A stretch of 64,000 nt of DNA from the NCBI GenBank assembly GCA_044892525.1, contig CM097885.1, positions 40,116,001 through 40,180,000 of the forward strand. Direction: 5' to 3'. Shown here piece after piece: positions 23,824 through 33,468 of the stretch. The first letter of the stretch is position 1. Each line of letters starts with the position of its first letter. The notes under the pieces are model-generated. The model ran no database searches. It was given only the letters and a program-made list of their open reading frames with translations, and was not told where the DNA came from. The stretch is from Schmidtea polychroa (taxonomy: Eukaryota). Position numbers and translations under genes: made by a program.

Positions 23824-24588
23824 ATGGAGCTTCACAACCCTCCGGAAGATAATTTAAAAAAAATGGTAAACATAATGTCAGATAAATATTCAAGAACTTT
23901 ATCTATAAATTCAAAAGAATCAGAGTTTACTATAAACTTTCAAGATTCAATTAAATTAGATCAAAATTTAAATTATGAATTGGGGCTATTATGGTTTTGT
24001 GCTTATAATACTATTTTTAATATAACTAAAGATAATAATAAATTTACTATTCAAACTCGTGATGGGCATAAACCAAAAATTATAACAATAGAACCTGGGG
24101 CATATGAGATAAAAGATTTAAATGATATACTTTCTAAAAAAACAAATGAAGGTATTAAAATTAAAATGGATATACCAACTTCAAAATGTGTAATGACTTT
24201 GAAGAATATAAAAATTAGTTTTTTAGATAATTGTTTCTTTCACACAGTTTTAGGATTTAAACCTATGGATATAACAATAAAAGAAGATAAAATAATAACA
24301 TCAGAACATATTATAAAAATAATAAATACAAACACAATAAATATTCATTGCGATTGTATAACAGGTTCTTATAATAATGGTAAACAAACAAATGTTTTAT
24401 ATTCCTTTCCCTCAAACACAGTTCCTATGGGATATAAAATAGTTGAAAGAATGAATCCTCCAAATTATTTACCTTTATGTAGAAAATATATAATGGATAT
24501 TAATTTTAAAATTCTTAATCAAGAAGGAGAATTGATTGATTTTAATGGAGAAGAGATTTCAATGTATTTACATTTGAAACAGGTTTAG
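23824..24588 (+). CDS. Polinton minor capsid protein (penton, single jelly-roll)
   Basis: INIHCDCITGSYNNG...LYSF, YLPL, NQEGELIDFNGE...LHLK patterns; the true start may be a downstream Met. Confidence 0.82.
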   Translation: MELHNPPEDNLKKMVNIMSDKYSRTLSINSKESEFTINFQDSIKLDQNLNYELGLLWFCAYNTIFNITKDNNKFTIQTRDGHKPKIITIEPGAYEIKDLNDILSKKTNEGIKIKMDIPTSKCVMTLKNIKISFLDNCFFHTVLGFKPMDITIKEDKIITSEHIIKIINTNTINIHCDCITGSYNNGKQTNVLYSFPSNTVPMGYKIVERMNPPNYLPLCRKYIMDINFKILNQEGELIDFNGEEISMYLHLKQV

Positions 24589-24628
24589 TTCCTCTCAGGG
24601 GACTCCGTCCATTTTAAATTATTAATAA

Positions 24629-25639
24629 ATGAGTTCTTATATTCCATGTAATAGAGGTGGTGGTACAATAAAAACAGGGTTTAATACAGAAGAAATATTA
24701 ACTTTAACAGAAAATAAATATATTAATGAAAGAGGTGATTCAATGAAGGGTGATTTAATTTTAAATGGACACAAGATAAAAGAATTATCTTTTCCAACTG
24801 ATGAAGCTGATGCAGTTAATAAGAAATATGTAGATGGTGTTAAAAAATATACTGATTTAACAACAACAAGAATTGAAAGTTCATTAACAACAAAAATTGA
24901 TTCAATGGAATCAAAGCTTAATAATATCGAACAACGATTTAATGATAAATTTGACAAGTTACAAAGTCTGTTAACTGAACAAGTTGTAAAGTTAAATACT
25001 GCTATATTAAATTCTAAAGATAAACAAATTATGAATACTAAATTTAATGCAATATATAATATAATAAATGAGATGATTACATCATTTAATAAAAGAATTT
25101 CAAATTTAGAGTCTCATGGAACACACATTAACACCACACATAGTATTAGAAAAAGAGCTGCTGAATTAGAACAGAATAAAACATTATTACCCCATACATA
25201 TAAACATTTTATAGAACCAAGTTTAATAACAACAAACAGTAAAGAATGGGGTGTTTTTATGGTTGTAAAAATTATTGATCCTTATTTCTTTTTGTTTGAT
25301 GATGATAATGAAAGAATGAAATGGTTTGTGAAATGTGATTATAATAGTAAGCTTGAAAAGGGTGATGTTATAATGACTAGTTATGATTTACCACACGGAG
25401 ATTGGTATGTTAATACTCATTCACATGGACTACATAAAGTTAAAAGTAAGAATATTCATTTTTCTAGTTCACTTGTACAATATATAGATTTAATATTTTA
25501 TGAAAAAAAGGTTGATGTTGATGAAGTTCGTAAAGCATTGAGAGAATTGTATAAAGATATCCTCTCAACAAGAGTTTCTTTTGATATCCGAGTATTGGTG
25601 CCAGATGGTGCTCAGAAGAATAAAGTCTTATTTTTTTAA
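24629..25639 (+). CDS. Putative fibre/spike-like protein
   Basis: MKGDLILNGHKIKELSFPTDEADAVNKKYVD (fibre/adhesin neck-like motif), then a long coiled coil and a C-terminal globular region; lies directly after penton. Confidence 0.55.
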   Translation: MSSYIPCNRGGGTIKTGFNTEEILTLTENKYINERGDSMKGDLILNGHKIKELSFPTDEADAVNKKYVDGVKKYTDLTTTRIESSLTTKIDSMESKLNNIEQRFNDKFDKLQSLLTEQVVKLNTAILNSKDKQIMNTKFNAIYNIINEMITSFNKRISNLESHGTHINTTHSIRKRAAELEQNKTLLPHTYKHFIEPSLITTNSKEWGVFMVVKIIDPYFFLFDDDNERMKWFVKCDYNSKLEKGDVIMTSYDLPHGDWYVNTHSHGLHKVKSKNIHFSSSLVQYIDLIFYEKKVDVDEVRKALRELYKDILSTRVSFDIRVLVPDGAQKNKVLFF

Positions 25640-25647
25640 TTATTAAA

Positions 25648-26243
25648 ATGGAAGAAGTAAGAGAAGAAAAAATTTACCCCGAATTGAGATCATCAGGATA
25701 TTATTCTTCCAAGGCCTCGGCTCCCACAGAACTTGAAATTATGAGAGTAAAAGAATTTAAATCAGAAACCTTACATTTACAAGATTTATTAAAGCATTAT
25801 AAAAAATTAAAAATAGATGGAATAAAGGGAATACAGTTTTAAAAGTTATAGGTTATTCTTTAGGATTTGCATCTGCAATATTAACAGTTATTTTACCCAT
25901 AACTTTACCAGTTGTTACTCTTGCACCTGTAATACTTGGAAGTATTTCTGTGGCTGATGGTTTCTTAACTGAAATAGTTTCATTATCTTATACTTCTAAA
26001 AAGAAAAGTTTATATAGAGAAGTTTGTTTATCAATAGAATTAGGAATCTCTAAATTATTTTTATTTCAATTAAAAGCTTTGGAAGATGGAATCCTGACAG
26101 ACGAAGAAATAATGAAATCAAATCAAATAATACAAGATATAAAGAATGAGGTTATAAGATTAAAAAGGGAGGGCATGGTGGCTAATGTTATAAGTAATAA
26201 AAAAACATCTCGAGAAAAATGGTTAAAGAATTCTTACTTATAA
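25648..26243 (+). pseudogene. Two-TM Polinton membrane protein split by a 1-nt frameshift
   Basis: Adding one A to the run at ~25809-25813 joins ORF 25648 to NRWNKGNTVLKVIGYSLGFASAILTVILPITLPVVTLAPVILGSISV and ORF 25950 (ALEDGILTDEE). Confidence 0.7.
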
Positions 26244-26337
26244 AATGGGTGTATTTTTGAAAAAGTAGATCAGGTTGCTATAGTTGCTTAAATTAATTGT
26301 CGACATTTTATTATTAAAAATTTAAATATCATTGGTT

Positions 26338-26892
26338 TCAGTTATGGTTGAAAGCCAACCTATGAATCATTAATTTATGATCTTTAAATTCTTTATCACT
26401 TAGACCTTTTATATATTCAGGATCAGTATTAAAATATTTAAGTTCTAAACATATAGGATTAAAAACTTGAGAATATAAAGGTTTCTCGATTTCTCTCTCG
26501 GGATAAATAATTTCAACATTATAAATATCAAGATCAGTAATCTTTGTATCATATAACTTATTCAACTTTTCTAGATTTTTTATTATAGGGATTAAATTAT
26601 TTCCAATAGGTAGAGTTGTCTTTAAATCACTTAGTATGAATCTTTTATCATCATAATTTGATAATGATACTTTTTGAGATTCTATCAAGTGAATATCATG
26701 GTTTTCACTTTTAAGTTGATGTATTTCATCAATTTTATCTTTATGATTTGGATTCAATGTATCTATATAATCTTGACGAGAAAGATTCTTTGCCACCACT
26801 CTCTGTATTCCTTTACATCTGTTATCCTTTAAATTAGTAATATTTTTTATAATTTCAAAAATGTTATTTTCTTGATTTTTAGTTTCCATCAT
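26338..26892 (-). CDS. Stand-alone paralogue of the pPolB C-terminal (thumb-region) domain, 184 aa
   Basis: Ungapped alignment to the PolB tail from KGIQ to HKLM (NYDDKRFILSDLK, ELKYFNTDPEYI); own TAAAATG start. Confidence 0.85.
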   Translation of the reverse strand: MMETKNQENNIFEIIKNITNLKDNRCKGIQRVVAKNLSRQDYIDTLNPNHKDKIDEIHQLKSENHDIHLIESQKVSLSNYDDKRFILSDLKTTLPIGNNLIPIIKNLEKLNKLYDTKITDLDIYNVEIIYPEREIEKPLYSQVFNPICLELKYFNTDPEYIKGLSDKEFKDHKLMIHRLAFNHN

Positions 26893-26916
26893 TTTATAGT
26901 GTTAAAATTCTAATTC

Positions 26917-29900
26917 TTAGACCAGTCGTAATTGATTTATAATTATTTCTGCAGTAATGCTTTTTAACATTAATTTATGTGATTTAAAGTCTTCTGGTGT
27001 TAGTCCTTGGATATATTCAGGATCAGTATTAAAATATTTAAGTTCTATAGGTTTTATATTTTGAACTTGATTATATAAAGGTTTAGGAATTAATATTTCA
27101 GGATATTGGATTTCTACTTTAGCAAGTTGAAGGTCTGTAATCTCTAGGTTATAAATTTCATTTATTTTATCAAGATTTTTTATTATAGGGATTAAATCAT
27201 TTCCAATAGGTAATGTTATCTTCAAGTCAGAAAGTATAAATCTTTTATCATCATAATTTGTTATAGCAATCTTGTTACACTCTTCAAGATATATATTATG
27301 TTTCTCTGATTTAAGATGATGGGTTTTAGCAATTTTATTTTTATAATTTATATTTAATGAATCTTTATACTCTTGATGTGTGAAGGTTTTTGACACTGGT
27401 TTTTGAATTCCTTTACTTTTATTTTCTTTATAGCTTTTCGGGTTTTCAGGGAATGAAGGATATTCAAATGTGTGATCTATTTCAACAGATCCTTCTCCCT
27501 CCCCTATTATAAATTTTATTGTATGCTCTTTCATAATTGGTTTGTCTTTCATTTCAAGAGAATATTGTTTAGGTCTAATAAACACTCCTCCACTTATTGG
27601 AGTATTTGGTTTTTCATCTTTAAAAGTAAATAATTCTCCAGAGTTGTTTATTAATTTATTTAAGGTTTCGTTTTCACTTATTTCCTTTTTTAAATCTTTA
27701 CTATGACCTTTTAAAAACATACTATCAGTGTCCATAGCATGCATGGATATTCGATCTCCAAAATGTGGTACTAGAACATCATAGTAGGCTTCATACATTT
27801 GAAGCTTTGAAAGTTCTAAAATTGAAAACCCTATAAAGATTGGTTTATTATAAGTTTTTACAGAGTTTTTAATCTCTATGGCTATAAGGTTACTAGAGAA
27901 TATCTCGGCATTTTTAAATGTGGGCTTTCCAATTATCCGGTTGTACCTATTAAGGTCTTTGGATGTATTGGTCAAAAGCTCTACACGTGTGTACTTGTCT
28001 ATATTCTCCATGGTCTTTCCAAAGACCGCATTGTTCAGGAGTTTGTAAATCATATCAAGAAATGCATTTCCAGCTCTCTTTGCTGCATTTCTTTTCAAAA
28101 TATTTCCCTCTATGAATTTTTTCATAAAAGGGGCTTGTCGAAATTTAATAATGGAATGTACTTTTTTTAAAACCATTCCATGGGAGAGATAAAACTGAAG
28201 GAGTCTATAATGACAAAGGTAATCAGTTTTATCGGTCTGATCGCATAAAAGTTTTATACAGGGCGATCTATCCTGAGCCATCTGCCAGTCTGAAAGTTCT
28301 TCAGTCGAGATCTTTCTTCTTACTGGAGCAAATGGAAAGAATCTTGTCCTGGATTTTATTTCATTGGGATATTCAAGATCGCATTCTATGACATATCCAA
28401 ATTGAGAATCTTTTGGTGTTTTTAGAATTTCTTGTATTAATTCCTCAGTGGGCTCTTCCCAGGTGAACTTGCCAATTGGAAGGTATTGAGTCATTACTCC
28501 CGCATATAAAGCTGTTGCATCTATATACATTATTTCAGAAGGATTAGAAAGACCTTCCATTATTTCCTTACGATCTTCAGGGTTTGTTATTTCTACATAT
28601 AGAGCATCAGGATCTTTGAAAAATTTAGGATAAAGAGTTGTAAAATTATTAGCATTTATTTCTCTATTCCCTTGTACTGAAGAAATACCTCCTCTAATAT
28701 TATGTTTATATACATTAAACATATCAAGCTCAACTAATAATTCAATAGTTTTATTTCTTACTGCTACATCTTCATCAGTCCATATGGTATATAATAATAT
28801 ATCCCAAGCTAGAGAGGGAGCGGTTATATAATTATAAGGTTTTAATTCAAAAGCTTTTGAAAATGTCTCGAAGCAATCAGCTAAGATATAAACATCCAAG
28901 GAAAGATACATGTCAGTATATTCTCCAAGGTTTCTACAGTTGAATAGATTCCACATTTTAACTGCACGGGAATATTCCTGATCAGAAATCCCTGATTGTG
29001 TTAAAACAGAAAAGAAATCTTCTTGGGGTGGGAGTAATTCATTATATTTTTCAAAGGAGTCTATATAATCATATGGATAGATTCCTTTTGCTAGACAGGT
29101 ATTATATTCCTCTAATGGAATATTGTTTTTTAATAACACATGTTCTTTTGTATATTTAAAATCCTCAGGGTTCATAGTTTTAGCAATCCCATCCAAAGAC
29201 ATCCCTAAGAAATTTAACGAGTCCAAAAACTTAAAGCATCCATATTGAATGCTTTTATATTTTTCTTTTGTAAGTCCAATAACCTTGAAAGAGTTTTTAG
29301 CATTTGCGGCCAGATGCTTAATGAATAGGTGAATATCATAGCCAAAAAGATTGTGAAATATAAATGGTATGTGTGTTGGTTTTTTACAATTGAGATTACA
29401 TTTTTTATGGGCTGCTCCTCTGTAATTATTTTCTCTTTTAAAATGATCATGGTCTGCAACCTTTGGCTCCTCATCCTCAAACTCTTGTTTACACATCCAG
29501 CAGTGTGTTGCATTTTTATATTCTTCCTCTTGTTCTTCTGAAAAATTCATAGGAAAGTTGGATTTTAATATTATATATAATTCATGTTCTAGATTATTTA
29601 AAGTTTTAACAAAATGATCTAGAGTCTCTTTGTCAGAAGTTCCTCTAAATGAATATTCTCTAGATTCTACAAGTTCTGGATAATTACTTTTAAAAAACAT
29701 TTTATAAGCAGAGGGTAATTGTTTTGTTAGTTTTACAGTATTAGTTTTTGTTCGTCTTAGTTTTACATTTATAGCTTCAAAATCACAATAAACCACTCCC
29801 AATGCTTCTAATAGATTGGAATAGTTTTTAAACCTCATATTAGCATTTTTTTTGTGTGGCATTTTTATTAAAGCAGGTTGATTCTTACAACAGAGTCTCT

Positions 29901-31281
29901 CATGTTTAATAGCAGCAAGTTTTGAACTTGAATGATATAAACATCTTTTACAACATATGCCTCCACGAATGAGTGTGTTTCCTTTCATAAAACTTTGAAA
30001 ATTCTTTATTAAGATATAATGAAGTTTTTTATCTAACATAGTGCTTTCTGCTTCTGGTTCTAATGAAATGCCTTCTTCTGCTTCTCTCCTCGGGTGAACG
30101 CTTTGAACCTCTTCACCATATTCTTCTCCATCAAAGTCTTCATCTGGTTTACCTTCTTCTAATATTAAAAGATCTACTTCTCTCTTTTCATCTGAGATTT
30201 CCATGTTAGAAATGTAAATAGGAATAATGTGTTTATAATTTTTATTTTTTCTAGTTTTTGTAATTTTGGTTGGAATGAATTGATAAATATTAATTTTAAG
30301 ATTATTTAATTTTTCAAATGTTGGAACATCTTCAATTTTCATTGGGTGGGAAAAATCTTTTGGATAAATTAATTCAGATTCATATTCTTCATATTTTTGA
30401 ACTCTCTGTGGGTTAGTTGCTTGAGGATGTAAGTGTGCAAGTATTGACCATTGAAAACATTTATTATCTTTATTCTGTACATTTATAACATGGTTGGAGG
30501 TGAATGGTGTGTGAATAAAAGATTTAGGATTTGGTGGTGCGCCTCTCCAGTATTCAATCTCTATATTTTGAAAAGAGTGGAATCTTAAATTAGATTCTCC
30601 TAGTTCTTGTTCCACCTGTTCTTGTTTTTCTTCCAATTCTTTAGCTATATCATTAACAAGTTTATTTCCTGCTTTTGTAGAAAATAAATATTTATATGAG
30701 GTTTCAATTTTTACATCTAGAGGCATTGCGATCGAATCATCTCCTCTCCAGTATTTTGCATTTCCTGTAAATTTAACTTTTATAACATTAAATCTTGATC
30801 TACCAAATTTTTTTATAGCATCATCCATTGATGATATTATTTTTTTTTTATTTTCTCTTATATATTGCATGATTGATCTGGGTCCTCGTTTTACTTCTGC
30901 AATTACATCGGTGTGATTGAAGTCATCCCAATTAAACTCTAGTTTTTCAGCTTTTTCAGTCATTGAGTTTGAATCAGAATCTTTTGCTTCAAGACCACAA
31001 TCTTCTATGTGTCTTAAGTAAAAAGATTTTATCCTCATCGTTTTTCCACATGCTGAACATTCGAATATTTCTCTGTTTTTAGGAACTCCAATACAATTTT
31101 TAAAATGCTTCTTATAACCTGAAAATAAATATCTATCCTTACATTTAGTACAGATTTTGGAATTAGTGTCATCTAGTGTGTTAGCTTTTATTAAATGGTC
31201 TTTTGATTTTTTATGAGATGTTAAAGCAGTTTTATTTTTAAAATTTTTTTCACAAATTTCACAATTGAAAATGGCTTCCAT
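26917..31281 (-). CDS. Protein-primed family B DNA polymerase, 1454 aa
   Basis: N-terminal Zn fingers; DNKCFQWSILA region; exonuclease YCDFE, HNLFGYD, DVYIL; EndoVII/HNH-like insert CWMC...DHDH...GAAHKKCN; KGIYPY; polymerase motifs DATALY, KLLNNAVFGK, DTDS. Confidence 0.97.
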   Translation of the reverse strand: MEAIFNCEICEKNFKNKTALTSHKKSKDHLIKANTLDDTNSKICTKCKDRYLFSGYKKHFKNCIGVPKNREIFECSACGKTMRIKSFYLRHIEDCGLEAKDSDSNSMTEKAEKLEFNWDDFNHTDVIAEVKRGPRSIMQYIRENKKKIISSMDDAIKKFGRSRFNVIKVKFTGNAKYWRGDDSIAMPLDVKIETSYKYLFSTKAGNKLVNDIAKELEEKQEQVEQELGESNLRFHSFQNIEIEYWRGAPPNPKSFIHTPFTSNHVINVQNKDNKCFQWSILAHLHPQATNPQRVQKYEEYESELIYPKDFSHPMKIEDVPTFEKLNNLKINIYQFIPTKITKTRKNKNYKHIIPIYISNMEISDEKREVDLLILEEGKPDEDFDGEEYGEEVQSVHPRREAEEGISLEPEAESTMLDKKLHYILIKNFQSFMKGNTLIRGGICCKRCLYHSSSKLAAIKHERLCCKNQPALIKMPHKKNANMRFKNYSNLLEALGVVYCDFEAINVKLRRTKTNTVKLTKQLPSAYKMFFKSNYPELVESREYSFRGTSDKETLDHFVKTLNNLEHELYIILKSNFPMNFSEEQEEEYKNATHCWMCKQEFEDEEPKVADHDHFKRENNYRGAAHKKCNLNCKKPTHIPFIFHNLFGYDIHLFIKHLAANAKNSFKVIGLTKEKYKSIQYGCFKFLDSLNFLGMSLDGIAKTMNPEDFKYTKEHVLLKNNIPLEEYNTCLAKGIYPYDYIDSFEKYNELLPPQEDFFSVLTQSGISDQEYSRAVKMWNLFNCRNLGEYTDMYLSLDVYILADCFETFSKAFELKPYNYITAPSLAWDILLYTIWTDEDVAVRNKTIELLVELDMFNVYKHNIRGGISSVQGNREINANNFTTLYPKFFKDPDALYVEITNPEDRKEIMEGLSNPSEIMYIDATALYAGVMTQYLPIGKFTWEEPTEELIQEILKTPKDSQFGYVIECDLEYPNEIKSRTRFFPFAPVRRKISTEELSDWQMAQDRSPCIKLLCDQTDKTDYLCHYRLLQFYLSHGMVLKKVHSIIKFRQAPFMKKFIEGNILKRNAAKRAGNAFLDMIYKLLNNAVFGKTMENIDKYTRVELLTNTSKDLNRYNRIIGKPTFKNAEIFSSNLIAIEIKNSVKTYNKPIFIGFSILELSKLQMYEAYYDVLVPHFGDRISMHAMDTDSMFLKGHSKDLKKEISENETLNKLINNSGELFTFKDEKPNTPISGGVFIRPKQYSLEMKDKPIMKEHTIKFIIGEGEGSVEIDHTFEYPSFPENPKSYKENKSKGIQKPVSKTFTHQEYKDSLNINYKNKIAKTHHLKSEKHNIYLEECNKIAITNYDDKRFILSDLKITLPIGNDLIPIIKNLDKINEIYNLEITDLQLAKVEIQYPEILIPKPLYNQVQNIKPIELKYFNTDPEYIQGLTPEDFKSHKLMLKSITAEIIINQLRLV

Positions 31282-31354
31282 TTTTAAAAGAATCTTTTGG
31301 TTGGATACGATGTTTTGGTTTTGATATTAATTTTTATTTTTTTTAAATCTAAAA

Positions 31355-31687
31355 GTGATCAGGCGACCTAGATCATTATGAATTAGGTAATCTGATATTC
31401 TTATAACATTAAATCCTTATAACATTAAATCCTTAAGACCAAGTAGTGAGGAATCTATGCACCCCGTTACCTTTTCTCGGAATTACTAATCTATAAATAC
31501 ATCTATTCCGAACTTTTTTACTTTTAAGGGAAGAAATTAAGGGTTAATGGCAATAGGGGACAAAGTTTAAAAGTTAAAAAAAGTGAAGAATATGGGGTAA
31601 AAAAGCATATAAATGTGGAAAATATGGGTCAATAGCGCTGTTTTTTTTTAGGGTGGGGGTGCTGGGGTGTATAGATTCCTCACTACT
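31355..31687 (-). repeat. Polinton right TIR (333 bp)
   Basis: Reverse complement of 16489-16821. Confidence 0.95.
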
Positions 31688-33468
31688 CAAATTGTGCGCG
31701 ATCGGTAACAAGGTTTCCTAAAAACTGCCCTCTGGAAAATTAAACGATAAATGACAAACCAGTTTCCTTAGAAAACTGTTGTCTCAATATCTCTTACAAA
31801 TTCTATCCAACTGTTTCAAGTTATTTAAACAATAAAATTGTTAACCATTTCCTGTTTTGTAAAATCTGTGTAACTTCAGTTATAAAGGTTTTTTAACCTC
31901 TTTAAGAGCTAATACCTATATATAAATTCATTTATTCTATTCAGAGAATCTTTATGTCTTTCACTTTACACCGACAATCAATTCAACACTCTGCTTGGTG
32001 ACTATACAATGCTTATTACAACACTCAGTGAGGAATAGCATTTGCGTATAACACCGGATTAAAAGATCACAAATTACTGATTGGTTTATCAACTGGGAAT
32101 TGAGCTGGTTGTTTTCTTTGGCCTTCTTCACAAATTTATTCAAATACTCAAGTAACTTCTTTTCGTTTTATTTTTCAACTAATTCTTTTCTTCAACTTTT
32201 CTCCAACAATTATTCTCCACAATCGTTTTCTTTACTATTATTTCTCACAAATCGTTTATCCAACAACGTATCGTCTAACGTTGTCTGAATTTTCCCAATT
32301 ATTTTCTCCCAAGTTTGTCTCCCAAATTGTCTCTCGATTTCGCTTCACTTTTTGTCTCGCTTTTGCCTAATTTTTGTCTCTCCTCCTGTCTTCTATAGTT
32401 TCTCTATATATAGTTTGCTTATATTGTGGCATTCAAGATAATCAAGTGTTTTTCCACTTTCTTTCTCCTGACTTCCCCAACTGTTCTATTTTTATCTCTG
32501 ACTGCTTTCAAGATAGTTTCCCTTTTGCTTTTTTGTTCAACCGCCTTCTCCCGGCAATTATGTTATCACTGGCAAGTGTCAAGATAAGAATATTGTTGTT
32601 TTCTTTTTTTACCGATTTCGAAATTCCTTTTCTTTTTTGTACTAATTAATTAGTTCTGACCTTGGTTTATATTTTCTTGTTTAATTTCTTTTGTTTCATT
32701 CCTTTTTTTCATTTCTCATTTCTTTTTACTCCCGTTTTCTTTTCTGAGTTCCCATAGATCGTCCCGTTTGTCATGACGATCTTCCCCCATGTAATTTAAT
32801 TTATTTATTTATAAATTGTTATTTAGGTATCCTCAACAATAGCCCGCCAGGCTTCTCGGCATGCTTTATTTTCTCTTGGTCTTCTCCCATTAATCATGGT
32901 GACATAATAATGGGCCTAAAATTTCCTTCTGTTTTTTTTTCTTCTTGTTTACCCAACTCGGGTTTTCTTTCTTTTTGCTAATTAATTAATTGATTAATCT
33001 ATTTCGTTTTCTTGCTTTTTTAACTATTAGGCACCTTTTCGCACTCTTCCTGGAACTTTCTGAAAATTCCGTTATCGCCATGTTATTCCTCGCTACTTAT
33101 TCCACCTGTGACCAATTTTAAAGATTTCAATTCGAATATTTGAATCTTATCGATTTTTCACAATTCACATTTTTGTGTTTTTCACCATATAATGATACAC
33201 CTTCTTGAATCTTTGTTCTCTTTTTATTTCTTTACACTATCGACACTCTCCTTTACCAAACTTCCTTTTACTATAAATATAATTCAATTCTAATGAATAT
33301 AATTTAAATCTAATTTTTATTTCTATTAATTTATTTGATTAATTTATTACCTCAGCAATAGTAAAAATCGTTGTTATATTAAAACAGAAACATTGAAATT
33401 AGTTTATAAAAAAATAGTTTTACTTGGGTTTCGAACCATGTTTATTATTAATGTTTGTTGAATGTTGA

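Larger units (their letters stand above)
16489..31687. mobile_element. Complete Polinton/Maverick (adintovirus-like endogenous dsDNA virus), 15,199 bp
   Basis: 5'-AGTAGT...ACTACT-3' termini; 333-bp TIRs; 6-bp TSD CAAATT (16483-16488, 31688-31693); pPolB, integrase, ATPase, protease, MCP and mCP all present. Confidence 0.97.

Noticed and set aside
31694..33300. Degenerate minus-strand coding-like region (K/E-rich, Cys cluster) into which the Polinton may have inserted
   Set aside because: Too many stops and no diagnostic motif to name it.
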